64,000 bases of DNA from Octopus vulgaris (taxonomy: Eukaryota): assembly GCA_951406725.2 (NCBI GenBank), contig OX597826.1, forward strand, positions 61,504,001 through 61,568,000. The letters run 5' to 3'. The notes below the pieces were generated by a model, which saw only the letters and a program-made list of their open reading frames with translations, was not told the DNA's origin and ran no database searches. Positions 25,627 through 57,395 of the stretch are shown piece after piece. Position numbers and translations under genes: made by a program. Position 1 is the first letter of the stretch. Every line of letters starts with the position of its first letter.

Positions 25627-26018
25627 GAGAGTGATAGTGTTGGTGAGTGCAGCGGAGGAAAGATAGTAGACGCTATCAAACGACGTTATAGAGAGAAAGT
25701 GAAAGGAAGGGAGAAAGTAATAATGAGTGAATGAGAATAACTACGAAGGGTTTAAAAACGTAAAAATATTTTCTTTCTCAACATACTCAAGATCTTTTGT
25801 TGTTTATAAATAGGAGATAGATAGATAGAGAAATATAGAGAGTAAAAGAACGCGTGGGAGAGTCCGAGAGAAGTGAAGAGTAAGAGAGTGAGAAAGTGAG
25901 AGAGAAAGGAGAGAGAAAGAAAGAGGGAGAATGTGGCGATAAGAAACAGAAAGGAAGCAACAGAAAGTAACAACCACAACCTCACCCGCGCGTTTAGAAC
26001 GGGTCACCTTAAGTTAGT
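25165..26018 (+). mobile_element. Helitron-like element with internally inverted blocks
   Basis: 3' ACCCGCGCGTTTAGAACGGGT...TTAGT; a second AACGGGT...CTAGT end at 25146-25166. Confidence 0.45.
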
Positions 26019-29000
26019 CTTTATATATTTCTTTACTGCCCACAAGAGAGGACAAACAAGGACATATAAAGGGATTAAGTCGATTACATCGACTCCAGTC
26101 CGAAACTGGTACCTTATTTATCGTAAAACCTATATATATACGTATATATATATAGGTTTTACGTCTATGTTATTGCGAGAATATAGTTGCGTGTATTTTT
26201 TAGTTATTTTCTCCACCTATAAGTGTTACTTCAGAAATGTTTGGGGAGGGAGCCAGTCGAGTAGATCGACCCCAGTACACAACTGGTACTTAATTTATCG
26301 ACCTCGAAAGGATAAAAAGCAAGGTTGACCTTGGCTGAATTTGAACATAGAACGTAAAGAAAGACGAAATACTGCTAAGTATTTCGTCCGGTGTGCAAAC
26401 GATTCTGCCAGCTCGCCGCCTTATGAGAGGTAATATTGTATGAAAAAGTGAGTTCAAAGTGTATTTCAGTTCCGAAAGTTATGAAGTACGTGTTATAGTT
26501 AAATTACTTGATACAGTTATAATGTTTAGAGAAAGATATTTTCAAAATGTTTATTTTGAAAAGCTATAATATTTAGAGAATTATTTTTAAATGTTAGGAT
26601 TAAGAAAAAAACTTTTTAGAAGGTATTGTTATGGTTAAATTATTTGATACAGTTATTATATTTAGAGACAGATTTTGTCAAAATGTTAGGATTAAGAAAG
26701 AAATTTCTAAAGAGTAGAATTAGTATTTTTTAGGTAATAATAGCATTAGTCGAATCTATTTTTATGCTGTCGAAGTGCAAAGTTTCCATAGTTCCGACGG
26801 CCAACGGCATGAAAATAGGTCTAACAAATTTTATTGATATCTGAAAAAATACTGAGTTTCCAACATTTTTATGGTAGAGACTTATGAGAGGTAATATTGT
26901 GTGAGAGAGTGAGTTCAATGCGTATTTCAGTCCCGAACGTTATGAAGCACTTGTCATTGTTAAATCACTTGATACAGTTATAATATTTAGAGACAGAGTT
27001 TTTTCAAAATGTTTATTAATTCTGCCAAGAACAAAACCTGTGTGGTAATGGCGGACTGCCATAAAAATGACGTAGTCCATATAGAGAGACACGTCTCATC
27101 TTTCAGTTCGAAAGGGATATTCCTCAGTCACATCTGCTGCAGCAACAGTGGTTTGGGTAAAGAGATGGGGCACATATCTAATCAATTTGACCACTATGTA
27201 GATCCCGCTGTGCATTTCAGCTATTTAACTTATGAAAACGGATTCGAAAAACCAACCACTTTCAAGACGATTCCCAAGCAATGATGGTCGAACCTATCGA
27301 AAGTTTGCAACTGCTCCATATTGTCCAGAGACCTACAGAAGGCAGATTTATTCTCAACTCTTCCTATGTTGAATCTTATAAAGTGGAGGTTGTCCTGGAT
27401 GAATCTGTTGGAGAACGCGCAAGTTTGCACTTATCCGACCAGACGACATGCGCCGACCGCTTTGCTAACACTGCGAACAAGATCTTAAATTCTACTTTTA
27501 ACTGAGAGGTATCTACGATGACTTCTCCTCAGTGTTACTCTTCCACAGTACAAGACACTGATAATTTCTCCATTCTGCTAGTTACAGATATTTGCCATGA
27601 AGTCACCAAAAAGTTTGACACGTATTCATAAACTTCGAAGGATAGACCACGTGATTGCACGAGACGGAAATCACCCAAATCGGGTAATTGTCATCTTGTG
27701 CAGTCACTTAACGCTCTCTTTATTTTAGCTGTTTGTATAAGTCTTTCACAAAACCACGCATCCTTTGTGGGCCGTCGAGATAGAAACTAAAGTTTACCAT
27801 CAACTCTGACACTTTATCTGCCGGAGACAGTAAAGCAAAGTGCTGTTGCAATTCCTCATATCTCTACTCGGAACAGAATAGCATTCACCCATTGCTATCT
27901 GTCAAAATTCAGATCTGTGAGGTAAGTCGATAAAATATTAAGTGAAAAGTGATGTGAGAATGTGAGTGTGTGTGTATGTGTGTGCGTATGCTGCATAAGT
28001 GTGTCTGTGTGAATGGGGAAGAAATGGTTGAAGGAAGGTGTGTGTATGTAGATGTTGAGTTAGGATACGTGAATGATGTGTGAGGGTTGGTAGGGTATAG
28101 ATGGTAGAGAATTGATGGCACGTAGGTGTGCTATGAGGGTGTCTGTATGGTTCGGGCAGCAATGAAGGGATGAAAAGAGAGGTAGGTATTGGGACGGACG
28201 TGCAGACAGGGTAAAGATATGATAAACATTTGAATAAAATGGTGTGTAAAGTTTTGGAAAGATGACCAGCTCTTCTTTCCTCTGGAAGCCAAAGGTGCGA
28301 AAATCAGTATTAGGGGTTAAACCTAAGATCAAAAGATATTGGACGAAAGAGTGCAGTGTTTGGAGGAGTAGAAATGTCGTGAGAAGACAGCCAATGTTTA
28401 GTTGGATGTCTCTGAGATGCTGTTTCTTTACTACCCACAAGGGGCTAAACACAGAGGACACAGACAGAGGGATTAAGTCGATTATATCGACCCCAGTGCA
28501 TAACTGGTACTTAATTTATCGATCCCGAAAGGATGAAAGGCAAAGTCGACCTCGGCGGAATTTGAACTCAACGTAACGGCAGACGAAATACGGCAACGCA
28601 TTTCGCCCGGCGTGCTAACGATTCTGCCAGCTCGCTGAGATGCACCAGATATCTCGGAGAGTTGGCGATCGGATTGTCCAATGTGAATCGCTGTCTTTCC
28701 TTTTGGTTTTTTCGCGCCCTTTTTCTCAAGGTTTCGCCCCAGTATCTTTGGCATTCTTTCCTCTATGTCCTTCTTTCCCTGTCTCTACGGGAATCTATTC
28801 TGATCTTTGGAAACATGTTTGAAAATGTCCCATTCACCAGATAAGTAACCACTGGGATCTAAGAGATTACTAACCCAGGGCTCTCACTTTCTACCAATGA
28901 ATATTGAGGGAAACAGTATTACATGTGAAGTCAACAAAACATTTGACCATATCTGGCATGTTAATGCTCTAACAAATCTACCTGTCTATGGAGTTTGTGT

Positions 29001-29182
29001 CCTAGATTGAAAGCCCTTTGTCAATTAATAGAACACTTTCTCAAATACACAGAAACAATTCCAATTTTAGATTCAGCAAGTTTAGTGAATATTTCAGCTT
29101 CTAATAGATGCTAACTTAGGTGTCTAGTTTGACCGTGTTTTCTTCTTCTTCTTCTTCTTCTTCTTCTTCTTCTTCTTCTTCT

Positions 29183-29214
<32 letters not shown>

Positions 29215-30557
29215 CCGCCTTCTCCTCCCCTCCTCCCTCCTCCTCCTTCCCTTCTTCTTCTTCACCATCATTATTATTATCATTGTCTGTATCTTCTTGA
29301 TAATGACGATAACCACAGCGACGAAGATGACACCTTCCAAAATAATTATTTCGGCTACTGGCATGAAGCCTGCATTTATAAGAAGGGTAGTCGATTACTC
29401 CGACCGCAGTCCTCAAACGGTACTTAATTTATCGATTTAGAAAAGACGAAAGGCAAAGTCGACCTTGGAACTCAGATTGTAAAACCGGAAGAACTTCCAA
29501 TAAGCATTTCATTAGGCGTACTAATGATTGTGCTAGGTCGTCGCCACACTCATTTCCAAATAATAGTATCAAATTTTGGCGCAAAGCCAGCATTTTTGGA
29601 GAAGGGATGAGTCGATTACATCGATCCCAGTGCTTCGGCTGGGATTTTATCGATCGCATGGGGACGAATGGCAAAATCGATCCGGCAGCATTTGTTGTTA
29701 GGATGTGAAGTCAGAAGAAATACTGCTTAGCATTTTTTCCAGCGCAGTAACGATTGTGCCAGCAGACACCTAATTGAGTCATTCACCAACATATCACAAG
29801 CTCTGACCAACAGGAAGTCTGATTTCTTACATCGTCGAATCTACCGCTACTATAGTGTTCCATGATATCTCGATCCACTCTGTCTCGGGTTCTTCTTTCA
29901 ATGACAAAGCTCATGGCCAGAGATTATGTCGCATGTATAAAAGTTATAGTGACAGCCACTTCTTCGAGTTGTCTGAAAACTATGGACACTTCCTACTGAC
30001 CTAGGTAAGCGGTAAACCCAGTATCGTCTTGCAGACCAACGTAGGTTAGGGGCATAGTGACTCTTTTAGACCTACAAAAGCTATAGATACATATATTTTT
30101 TTTCTAGTACTTCGTGGTTATGAACGCAGTTGCTTCTTTCAGACCTACAAAGGCAATTTACATGGACCACATGCTTTTAAACTAAACAGTAAAAACAATA
30201 ACACAACGATATTTTGATGTATTTATTATTTTAACATGAATCGCAATTCTTTTCTTACATCACTTGAACCGATTCTATTATATTGATCTCCAAATATTAA
30301 AAAAGCAAAATAAACTGTAGTGTTAGGATTTGAACTTGGAACATAGCTGTAAGTGACGAAATCACTTTCCGTAATATTTCCGCCCACCAATCCACCATGC
30401 TCCTGCTAATAATTCTTATTACATTTAATTTGTAGTATTTGCACAATACTTTAAATTTGTGGGAATGTTGATTAAATCGACCTCAGTAAAAGACTGTTAT
30501 TTTAATTATAATAAGGCAACTTATGATGGAGATAAATGTTGTTATATAATATAGTTT

Positions 30558-48461
<17,904 letters not shown>

Positions 48462-48545
48462 CTGAAAATATAAAATAGATAGGTAATTACTTAAATTATT
48501 TGTTATAAGTTTTTATGAATTTATCTGTATTTGTAAAGTGCTGAA

Positions 48546-48840
48546 CATACCTACATACATACATACATACATACATACACATACATACACATACATACAC
48601 ATTTAATCTTATTTCCGAAAAGTATTTGCAACATACCTACATACATACATACATACATACATACATACATACATACATACATACATACATACATACATAC
48701 ATACATACATACATACATACATACATACATACATACATACATACATACATACATACATACATACATACATACATACATACATACATAAATACATACATAC
48801 ATACATACATACATACATACATACATGCATACATACATAT
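48546..48840 (+). repeat. (CATA)n tetranucleotide repeat
   Basis: Direct observation. Confidence 0.95.
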
Positions 48841-48849
48841 ATACACACG

Positions 48850-49720
48850 CCAAGAGTCGAAGTGCATCCCTTGTCCAAGTTTGCATACAAGAAGCAGATA
48901 ACATCATAAGACTTGGAAGGCAGCTCCTTGAGCAACACTCTTTGTCTGATAACCTAAAATTATTACCTCCCACTTTCAAGGGTATGAATTTGCAATCCAG
49001 AAAAGGGAAATATCAACCAAGTACCTAATGCACAAAGAAGATAGAGATGCGAGAAAAGCCGTAGAATGTGACAACCGATGCGGACTTTGTGGAGTTCACA
49101 CTGAACATATCCTCCACATCATACGCAGTTGTCAGAAAATGTCACCACGGTATCATCTACCGATGAGACATGACGTAGCTATGACGCTCTATAATGAAAT
49201 CCGTCGGAAGGTTAATCCTGAGGACAAAGAAATAAAAACCCACTATATGGTAAAAGCCATAGCCACTCATAATGAAAAGGAATACTGGTGGAATGTACCG
49301 GTGAAGACCTCAATAAAATGTAAACACAACAGACCTGATATTATGATTTGGAATAAAGAAGAGAAACTGTGCCCAGTTGTAGAAATTAACTGTCCAGAAG
49401 ATCAGTGAAAAAGAGAACACCTATACTGAACTATTGAGAAACCTACAGTTGCTCTATCTAAATTACAAGTTCAGGTTTATACCTGTAAATATTGGAGCCC
49501 TGGGATATGTAACACATTGCCTAAATACCAATCTTGTGAAATTCAGCTTCTCAAATCCAGAAAGGAGAAAGCTAATTCGAAGGCTACAGATCTAATCTAT
49601 CACTGGAACTGTAAACATCTGTAAAACTTTCGAGGAGTTTATAATTTGAATATATATATGAGCATGTCTAGATATGTAACTCTATGCATGAGAATACATT
49701 CATAAAATATACAAATCTGC
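48850..49720 (+). mobile_element. R4/Dong-like LINE 3' fragment (zinc knuckle + restriction-like endonuclease)
   Basis: CGLCGVHTEHILHIIRSC (CCHC), RHD, HNRPDIMIW...VEINCP (PD-D/ExK); flanked on both sides by (CATA)n. Confidence 0.85.
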
Positions 49721-49939
49721 ACATACATACATACATACATACATACATACATACATACATACATACATACATACATACACAAATACCCTGTTGTTGATGT
49801 TGAAATTCCAATGAAGGAACCTTGGATCTAGGTTAGAAATCGATTCTTTCTCTATTGGCAAGAAATCTTGAAACAAACTTAATAATGACATACATACATT
49901 TAGAACTAGTCACAACCTTCTCATGAGATACAGGAATGG

Positions 49940-51040
49940 TGTTTGCGCATAATAAATGCTCATACATGATAGTCAACTGAAGAAAGATTGCATATACATC
50001 ACCGGTTGATCTATCTCCCGTATCTCTAATGCAGAAAGCTACAAGTATCTCGGAGTTGATGAGGTTGCTGCATAAGTTGGTACTCTGATTAACGACAAAA
50101 GAGTTCTTCTATAGACTTCGGAAAATACGGAACTCAGAGCTGTCTGCATTTAACACGATCATATCTCACAATGTTCTTGCAGTACCAGTGCTAGTACCAA
50201 CATTTGAGTTATTGGACTGGGCACTCGATGACATACTCAGCCTAGGCATCAAAACCAGAAAGCCACTGCCCAACACTACAAACTTCCATAATAACAGCGA
50301 TACTGACAAGCATTGACAGGAATAGTTGCCTACGCTGTGACACATTACATCCCACCTAGCAGGATATGCCCTCGCTATCTAGGAACAGATGATAGTTACT
50401 AAATACCTGATAAAGAAGTGGGACAAATATACTCCAATATCGGCTCTGATATACCATTCTAGAAGATATCATCCACTTCTCCAGCAGCTGCCCCCCCCCA
50501 TCACAACCTCATCGTCTATGAGATGCTACCTGTCCTTGAGGCATGATATAATTGCAACGACTATTTACAATGGTATCAGCAGGAAGGACTGCTCTGGCAT
50601 ACACATCAAAGGTATATCAAAATCAGCAGGTATTCACACATCTAGAAAAAGGAATACTTGTAGAACAACACCCCGATAAAAATATAAAATTCCGTGCAAA
50701 TATAATTGTCCTGGTATTGTTGTAAGACAGCGAGCAAATGTCATGCACAGTTGTAGTAGTCAGCTGCACTGCGGTTGTAATTATCCAAAAGAGAACATTT
50801 ATGAAGAATTAATTCAGAATTTACAGCTCTTGTACACTGACCGTGAATTCTCATTTGCACCTATCATCATAAAGTACATTAGTTAATATACCAAAAAATT
50901 TGCATATTAACCTTGAAATACTCGGTTTCATAGAGAAAGAGCCAAAGAAACTCACGCGGATGCTTCCAATCTAATCTATTAGTGGCACAATGAAGATTTG
51001 TTAAGACATTCTACAACTTCTGTATTTATATTCTTATGTA
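49940..51040 (+). mobile_element. Older decayed R4/Dong-like fragment
   Basis: YKYLGVDE, NSELSAFN...HNVLAVPVL, SMRCYLSLRHDIIATTIYN; the 3' part parallels 49400-49650. Confidence 0.7.
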
Positions 51041-51192
51041 AATGAAGGCCCACACTCGGGTGTATGCATCAGCAGTTCAACCAACGCACCAACTTAACCA
51101 TATATTTACAAACACTAGGAACTCTCTAAATTCAAAAAGTCTTGTTGCCTTTTTAATGACCGGTTTGAACCAGCATAATAATTTTAAAATCC

Positions 51193-51229
<37 letters not shown>

Positions 51230-51368
51230 TGCAAATGCATACATACATACATACATACATACATACACGCAAACATACATACATACATACACACATACAT
51301 ACATACATACACACACACAAACATACATACATACATACATACATATATACACACAAACATACATACAT

Positions 51369-51779
51369 AGGCGCAGGAGTGGCTGTGTGGTAAGTAGCTT
51401 GTTTACCAACCACATGGTTCCGGGTTCAGTCCCACTGGGTGGCACCTTGGGCAAGTGTCTTCTACTATAGCCTCGGGCCGACCAAAGCCTTGTGAGTGGA
51501 TTTGGTAGACGGAAACTGAAAAGAAGCCCATCGTATATATGTATATATATCTGCATGTGTGTGTTTGTGTGTCTGTATTTGTTCCCCTAGCATTGCTTGA
51601 CAACCGATACTGGTGTGTTTATGTCCCCGTAACTTAGCGTTTCGGCAAAAGAGACCGATAGAATAAGTACTGGGCTTACAAAAGAATAAGTCCCGGGGTC
51701 GAGTTGCTCGATTAAAGGCGGTGCTCCAGCATGGCCGCAGTCAAATGACTGAAACAAGTAAAAGTAAAGAGAGTAAAGA

Positions 51780-51780
<1 letters not shown>
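51369..51780 (+). mobile_element. SINE family 1 copy
   Basis: GGCGCAGGAGTGGCTGTGTGG...GAAACAAGTAAAAG. Confidence 0.9.
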
Positions 51781-51841
<61 letters not shown>

Positions 51842-52042
51842 TGCAAATGCATACATACATACATTCATACATACATACATACATACACACAAACATACAT
51901 ACATACATACATACATACATACATACATACATACATACATACATACACGCGCGTGTACACATGTATAAATAGATAGGTAGGTAAATTAAAAGAAACGCAG
52001 AGGAAACGATAAAAACTTTTAAGAGGAGACAAACTATAAATA

Positions 52043-52560
52043 ACTAGCAGTATCGCTCGGCGTTGCTCGGATTTGTAAGGGAAATAACTATATAAGCATT
52101 TTTAGAGAGTTACTTCCCTTATAGATGCCAATTCGGGCTTTCTTAGCCATTTCTGTTTTGGTGTCTTCAAGCCATGAAGTCGTTGTTCTAAAAGAACGCT
52201 GGTCTCCTTGACAACGCTTTACGGCGTTGATTTCCTTACACTCCCTTCCCCACAGCTTCACGAGGGAGGGAAGAAAGGGAAGAAGTAAAGACAGGTGCAG
52301 GTGTTTGAGCGTGGACGCCAACTCCGCCGCCATCGACACACGAAAAATTATGCATTAAAATGGAATAAAAAATGATGTTAAATTATTTTTAAAATCGTAG
52401 ACTCATCGTAGACGCGCGCTAATAGCCAGACGGGCTCGATATTAATCACGACTATAAGATACCCGAATTTGGTTAAACTGCACCGCAAAATGTGGGAGGA
52501 GTTAGGAATCTAAATCGAAGGGGACAGACACTCACACAACTAGAGTTTTATATATATAGA
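52043..52560 (-). mobile_element. Non-autonomous Helitron-like element
   Basis: Minus strand starts TCTATATATATAAAA and ends with hairpin CCGAGCAACGCCGAG plus CTAGT; same 3' end at 57666-57695; partial copy at 1860-2005. Confidence 0.7.
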
Positions 52561-52784
52561 TATGTAAAGTTAGACAACCATTACGCGTGGTGGAAATGTG
52601 AATTGAAACAATAATTAAATAATACGTACAATGAAAATATATACAACAATAATAGGAACAGAAGATCTAACTTTTCGGGTTAAAAACTTTGCCAAGATGA
52701 AGTAAAAGTAATAAGTGATGCAGAAGAAATAGTAATACAAACGATTCCGAATTTATGACATCTGTTTACATTTGTTTTTTTCTT

Positions 52785-53360
52785 CTACTCTAGTCACAAG
52801 ACCCAAAATATTGGGGGAGGGCGCCAGTCGATAAGATCGACCCCAGTGCGTAGCTGGTACTTAATTTATCGGCCCCGAAAGGATGAAAGGCAAAGTCGAC
52901 CTCGACGGAATTTGAACTCAGAACGTAAAGACAGACGAAATACCTATTTCTTTACTACCCACGAGGCGCTAAACACAGAGAGGGCAAACAAGGACAGACA
53001 AACGGATTAAGTCGATTAGATCGACCCCAGTGCGTAACTGGTACTTATTTAATCGACCCCGAAAGGATGAAAGGCAAAGTCGACTCGGGACAATTTGAAC
53101 TCAAAACGTAAAGACAGACGAAATATCTATTTCTTTACTACCCACAAGGGGCTACACAGAGGGGACAAACAAAGACAGACAAACGGATTAAGTCGATTAT
53201 ATCGACCCCAGTGCGTAACTGGTACTTATTTAATCAACCTCGAAAGGATGAAAGGCAAAATCGACCTCGGCGGAATTTAAACTCAGAACGTAGCGGCAGA
53301 CGAAATACCGCTAATCATTTTGCCCGGCGTGCTAACGTTTCTGCCAGCTCGCCGCCTTTA
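52785..53360 (-). mobile_element. Tandem trimer of SINE family 2
   Basis: Three units of about 180 bp; only the last has the complete head GGCGGCGAGCTGGCAGAAACGTTAGC. Confidence 0.88.
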
Positions 53361-53849
53361 TCCGTTTATATTTCTTGGTGAAAGAGTTTTCAATGAACTA
53401 ATCTCTAGGCATTACCTGATCAGGTATTTAATGATCTCAGGTGCATACATACTCAATATCGTGTCGTACTAATTAGCAATACGAAGCTGGTGGGAATAGG
53501 GTGGGAAAAAACAAAAAGTTAATTTAGTACCTTAGTGTCATAACTTTTTTACTGTTATGAATATTTTATAGGTTTCCTGGTTTGTTAGATAAGAATCTTT
53601 AAATATGGTACTTCAGATATGCGCAGACATGTTCTTGCTGTAGGAAGTTCTGCTTCCTAAATACATAGTTTGGGGTTCAGTCCCGATGTGTTTTACTGTT
53701 ATAACCTTAGGCCGCTTAAAGACTTGTGAGTAGATTTTGGTCGACGGAAACTGAAAGGAGCCTGTCATCTAAAGGTTCAATATTTTAGGAAGGAAAGAAT
53801 AGGCATAATTGTAAGTGCGAGCCTGAGAATTTATCCTTAACAAGGACAC

Positions 53850-54550
53850 AACAATGTAAAGAATGTACTTTGATCAGGAGAGATCCTCAGTGAATACCTG
53901 GCCGAATATTTCGACGACTGGGAGGCTCTAGCTGAGTGCGCTTATATGTAGGTGGTGTGAAGGTATTTAACTGCTAATTGAGACAAGCTTGGAGGATGCT
54001 CTTGATGTCTTCCATAAGCGAAACGTTTCTATAGGAGATTCGCTTTCTAGATACAGATGAAGTCTTTGCTGATGTCTATGGTAACAATATTGCTATCAAT
54101 GAACTTCTTTTTGAAGTTTAGGCCTCATAAGAGCATAGGTCTCACGTTGACCAGTTCTTCGGAAGCTGTAGAGACGGTCATCGAGGTTACGTCATTTGTA
54201 ATGGCTATCTTTATTACATTTGATATATTAGAAGCCAGAACAATAAGACAGTAGATGCCGGGATTGGAGGGGTCACCTTTCTTTAGAATGCGACATACTA
54301 CAGTGTTTCCTAACATTTGGATATGTCTCTGTAGAGGGTGAAGAATTAAAGAGCTTTGTGAGTATAGGAGAAATGTTTGTGTGAAATGGATAGGAAATTG
54401 TCAATGGGGCGATGGCCTTGTTGACCTGAGTGCTGTGAGGTGGAGAGCCTGACGGGGCTGGAAGGGGTTAGACATGGAGAAGATTAACGAAGGGCGTTTA
54501 ATGCAAAATTAGATGGGAAGCAAGCAGCTGATGTGGAAGCTTTCGGATCT
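53850..54550 (-). mobile_element. Decayed LINE RT fragment
   Basis: KKGDPSNPGIYCLIVLASNISNV and IDISKDF resemble non-LTR RT domains. Confidence 0.6.
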
Positions 54551-54681
54551 TTGTGGGTATCGTTACTGTCTACAATTGTGTTCCAATTGCTTTCAAATTT
54601 GGCATATGGTTTAAGTTTCGTATGCTAATTATGAAAACGAAATCCATTTCCCCTATAAGTTCATAATTAAAAAGTCATTAA

Positions 54682-54851
54682 AGGCGCAGGAGTGGCTGCG
54701 TGGTAAGTAGCTTGCTTACGAACTACATGGTTCCGGGTTCAGTCCTACTGCGTAGCATCTTGGGCAAGTGTCTTCTACTATAGCCTCGGGCCAACCAAAG
54801 CCTTGTGAGTGGATTTGGCAGACGGAAACTGAAAGAAGCCCGTCTTATGTA

Positions 54852-54896
<45 letters not shown>

Positions 54897-55112
54897 ATGT
54901 GTTTGTGTGTCAGAGTTTGTCTCCCCCAACATCGCTTGACAACCGATGCTGGTATGTTTACGTCCCCGTAACTTAGCAGTTCGGCAAAAGAGACCGATAG
55001 AATTAGTACTAGGTTTATAAAGAATAAGTCCTGGGGGCGATTTGCTCGAATAAAGGCGGTGCTCCAGCATGGCCTCAGTAAATGACTAAAACAAGTAAAA
55101 GAGTAAAAGAGT
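54682..55112 (+). mobile_element. SINE family 1 copy
   Basis: Same family. Confidence 0.9.
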
Positions 55113-55946
55113 AACCATAAAAATTTGCAAAGTTTGAGTATTTTAGCCAATCAGAAGCGAATATTTTGTACATCACTGTGAAGTTCTGTTAGCATAGAAG
55201 CACCACGTATTCCATAGGTGATTGAGATAAACTCTGTTTTCATAGTAATTAAAGATACTGCGAGTGTGTACAAGAAGTGTAAATAAGGACTGCATACGAC
55301 ACTTAGTTCTTCCAGGAACCACTATCTCAGTGACTTGTGGCGTGCTTATAATCATATCCCAGAAATCGTGGGCTATGATTTCAAACATAAAATTGTGAGT
55401 CATAACATTGATTTTATAAACTCACACTCAACAAAATGAGAGTACCCGAGAATCTTTAAAATGTCGAAACAAACGCCGGTGTGAGACATACCTTTCCATG
55501 GTTGACTCATCTTTGTGAATATATGTGAAGGAGATCTGAGAAACAATTTATTTTATAAAATCCTAGAGTATATTGCAAACTTTCGTTCTTGAATTTTTTA
55601 AACCGATAAATGTTTATTTTAAGCAATGTTTTTTGCCTGTTATTTCTAGCAATTCCTGTTGGTTTGTTCGTAGCTTTTAAATAGTTTATATGCTCGCAAA
55701 AACTTTTAATGTTCTTCAATTTACTGTAACTAGATATAAATGATTTGACACGCTGGTGCCCCCTCCCCCCCTCCCCCACCGCATTCTCGTTACTGTGACA
55801 GATGATGGAAGAAGCAACGAGCGCACTATTTTCTGATTGGCTGAAAACTACGAAAGTTTGAACACCTGCAACATTTTTGCAAACGTTTACGTTTCCTTGA
55901 AGAAATGAATAACAAATTCGGATTCAGCGTCAAAAATTACATCTAT

Positions 55947-56357
55947 CTCTTTTTACTCTTTTTTACTTGTTTCAGTCATTTGACTGCGGCCATGCTGGAG
56001 CACCGCCTTTAGTCGAGCAAATCGACCCCGGGACTTATTCTTTGTAAGCCCAGTACTTATTCTATCGGTCTCTTTTGCTGAACCGCTAAGTGACGGGGAC
56101 GTAAACACACCAGCATCGGTTGTCAAGCAATGCTAGGGGAACAAACACAGACACAAACATATTCACACACACTTATATATATATACATATATACGACAGG
56201 CTTCTTTCAGTTTCCATCTACCAAATCCACTCACAAGGCATTGGTCGGCCCGGGGCTATAGCAGAAGACACTTGCCCAAGATGCCACGCAGTGGGACTGA
56301 ACCCGGAACCATGTGGTTGGTAAGCAAGCTACTTACCAAACAGCCACTCCTGCGCCT
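55947..56357 (-). mobile_element. SINE family 1 copy (partial copies also near 35553-35760, 37245-37365, 43500-43860, 53617-53770)
   Basis: Same family, inverted. Confidence 0.9.
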
Positions 56358-56944
56358 ATCTGATACATTAAAAGCATTTTCAAAGATTTCAACATGCAGT
56401 GACAATAACCACAAAGATCTAAGCTTTCTCTATGACGATACAGATCACAAAGTCATCATTGTTGAGAAAACGAGAAGAAGAAAACTGCGTAAAGCTGGAG
56501 ATAGTTTTGGTAAAATATCAGAATGATCGTCTATTTGGAAGGCCACTACTGTATAAGCTCCACCCAGTTTCGTATATGTAAATGAGACACGCACAAACCG
56601 GTTCTCAAGTGCTATTAATAAGAAACAAACAAGAACTTTCTTCCTCTGATACGTTAGACATTCTATAAATTCTCTATAGGAGAACTGTAGGAGATGTATT
56701 CTAAAACTCCTCCCCACTATGAAGGGTAAGTAGTACAGACAAGATAAGAGAAATATAAGTAGTACAACGCAGATACATACATACATACATACATACATAC
56801 ATACATACATACATACATACATTCTACGTGATTAGTATGTATGTACTAATTGAAACATTGAACTAGTCACAGTAAGCACATACGTAATCACACATACTGC
56901 GGGTTAATATCTAGATCCGCACCCGGTGGAAAAAATGGAAACGC

Positions 56945-57315
56945 AAATGTGTAACAGTTGTAAGGCATCGTATATTGACGTAATAAGACGGAAAAAAAGG
57001 GCGCTGACGAACGGGGGTGGGGGGTCGGAAGGGGGGGGGCGGAAAATTCCCAGGATCAACCTGGAATCTAAAATGTGTAACAGTTGTAAGGCATCGTATA
57101 TTGACGGAATAAGACGTAAAAAAAGGGCGCTGACGAACGGGGGTGGGGGGTGGGGGTCGGAAAATTCCCAGGATCAACCGTAGAGGATCCACGCCCAGGT
57201 GGCAAAAATGGAAAAAATATGTGTAAGAGGTGTAAGGCATCGTATATTGAAGGAATATGACGAAAAAAAAGCGCGCTGACAAACGGGGGGGGGGGGGAGG
57301 GGCTCGGAAAATTGC
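56945..57315 (+). repeat. G-rich tandem repeat, 3 copies with about 125-145 bp period
   Basis: ATGTGTAACAGTTGTAAGGCATCGTATATTGA...GGCGCTGACGAACGGGGG...TCGGAA at about 56947, 57073, 57219. Confidence 0.9.
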
Positions 57316-57395
57316 CTACGATTTAAAGAAAAATTTACCATCAATTTTCACCATTTAAACGCATTGTTGGCATAAGGGAAGTAACTCTCTAAAAA

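Noticed and set aside
27009-27900. Short ORFs in a GC-richer segment between genes A and B
   Set aside because: No recognisable motifs or homology to the 10-Cys exons; probably decayed retroelement sequence that I cannot classify.
52830-53300. Regularly spaced repeats resembling a CRISPR array
   Set aside because: Whole 180-bp units repeat with no unique spacers; eukaryotic SINE multimers.
53411-53450. MYAPEIIKYLI|GTAAT as first exon of gene B
   Set aside because: Phase-2 donor is incompatible with the phase-1 acceptor of exon 2.
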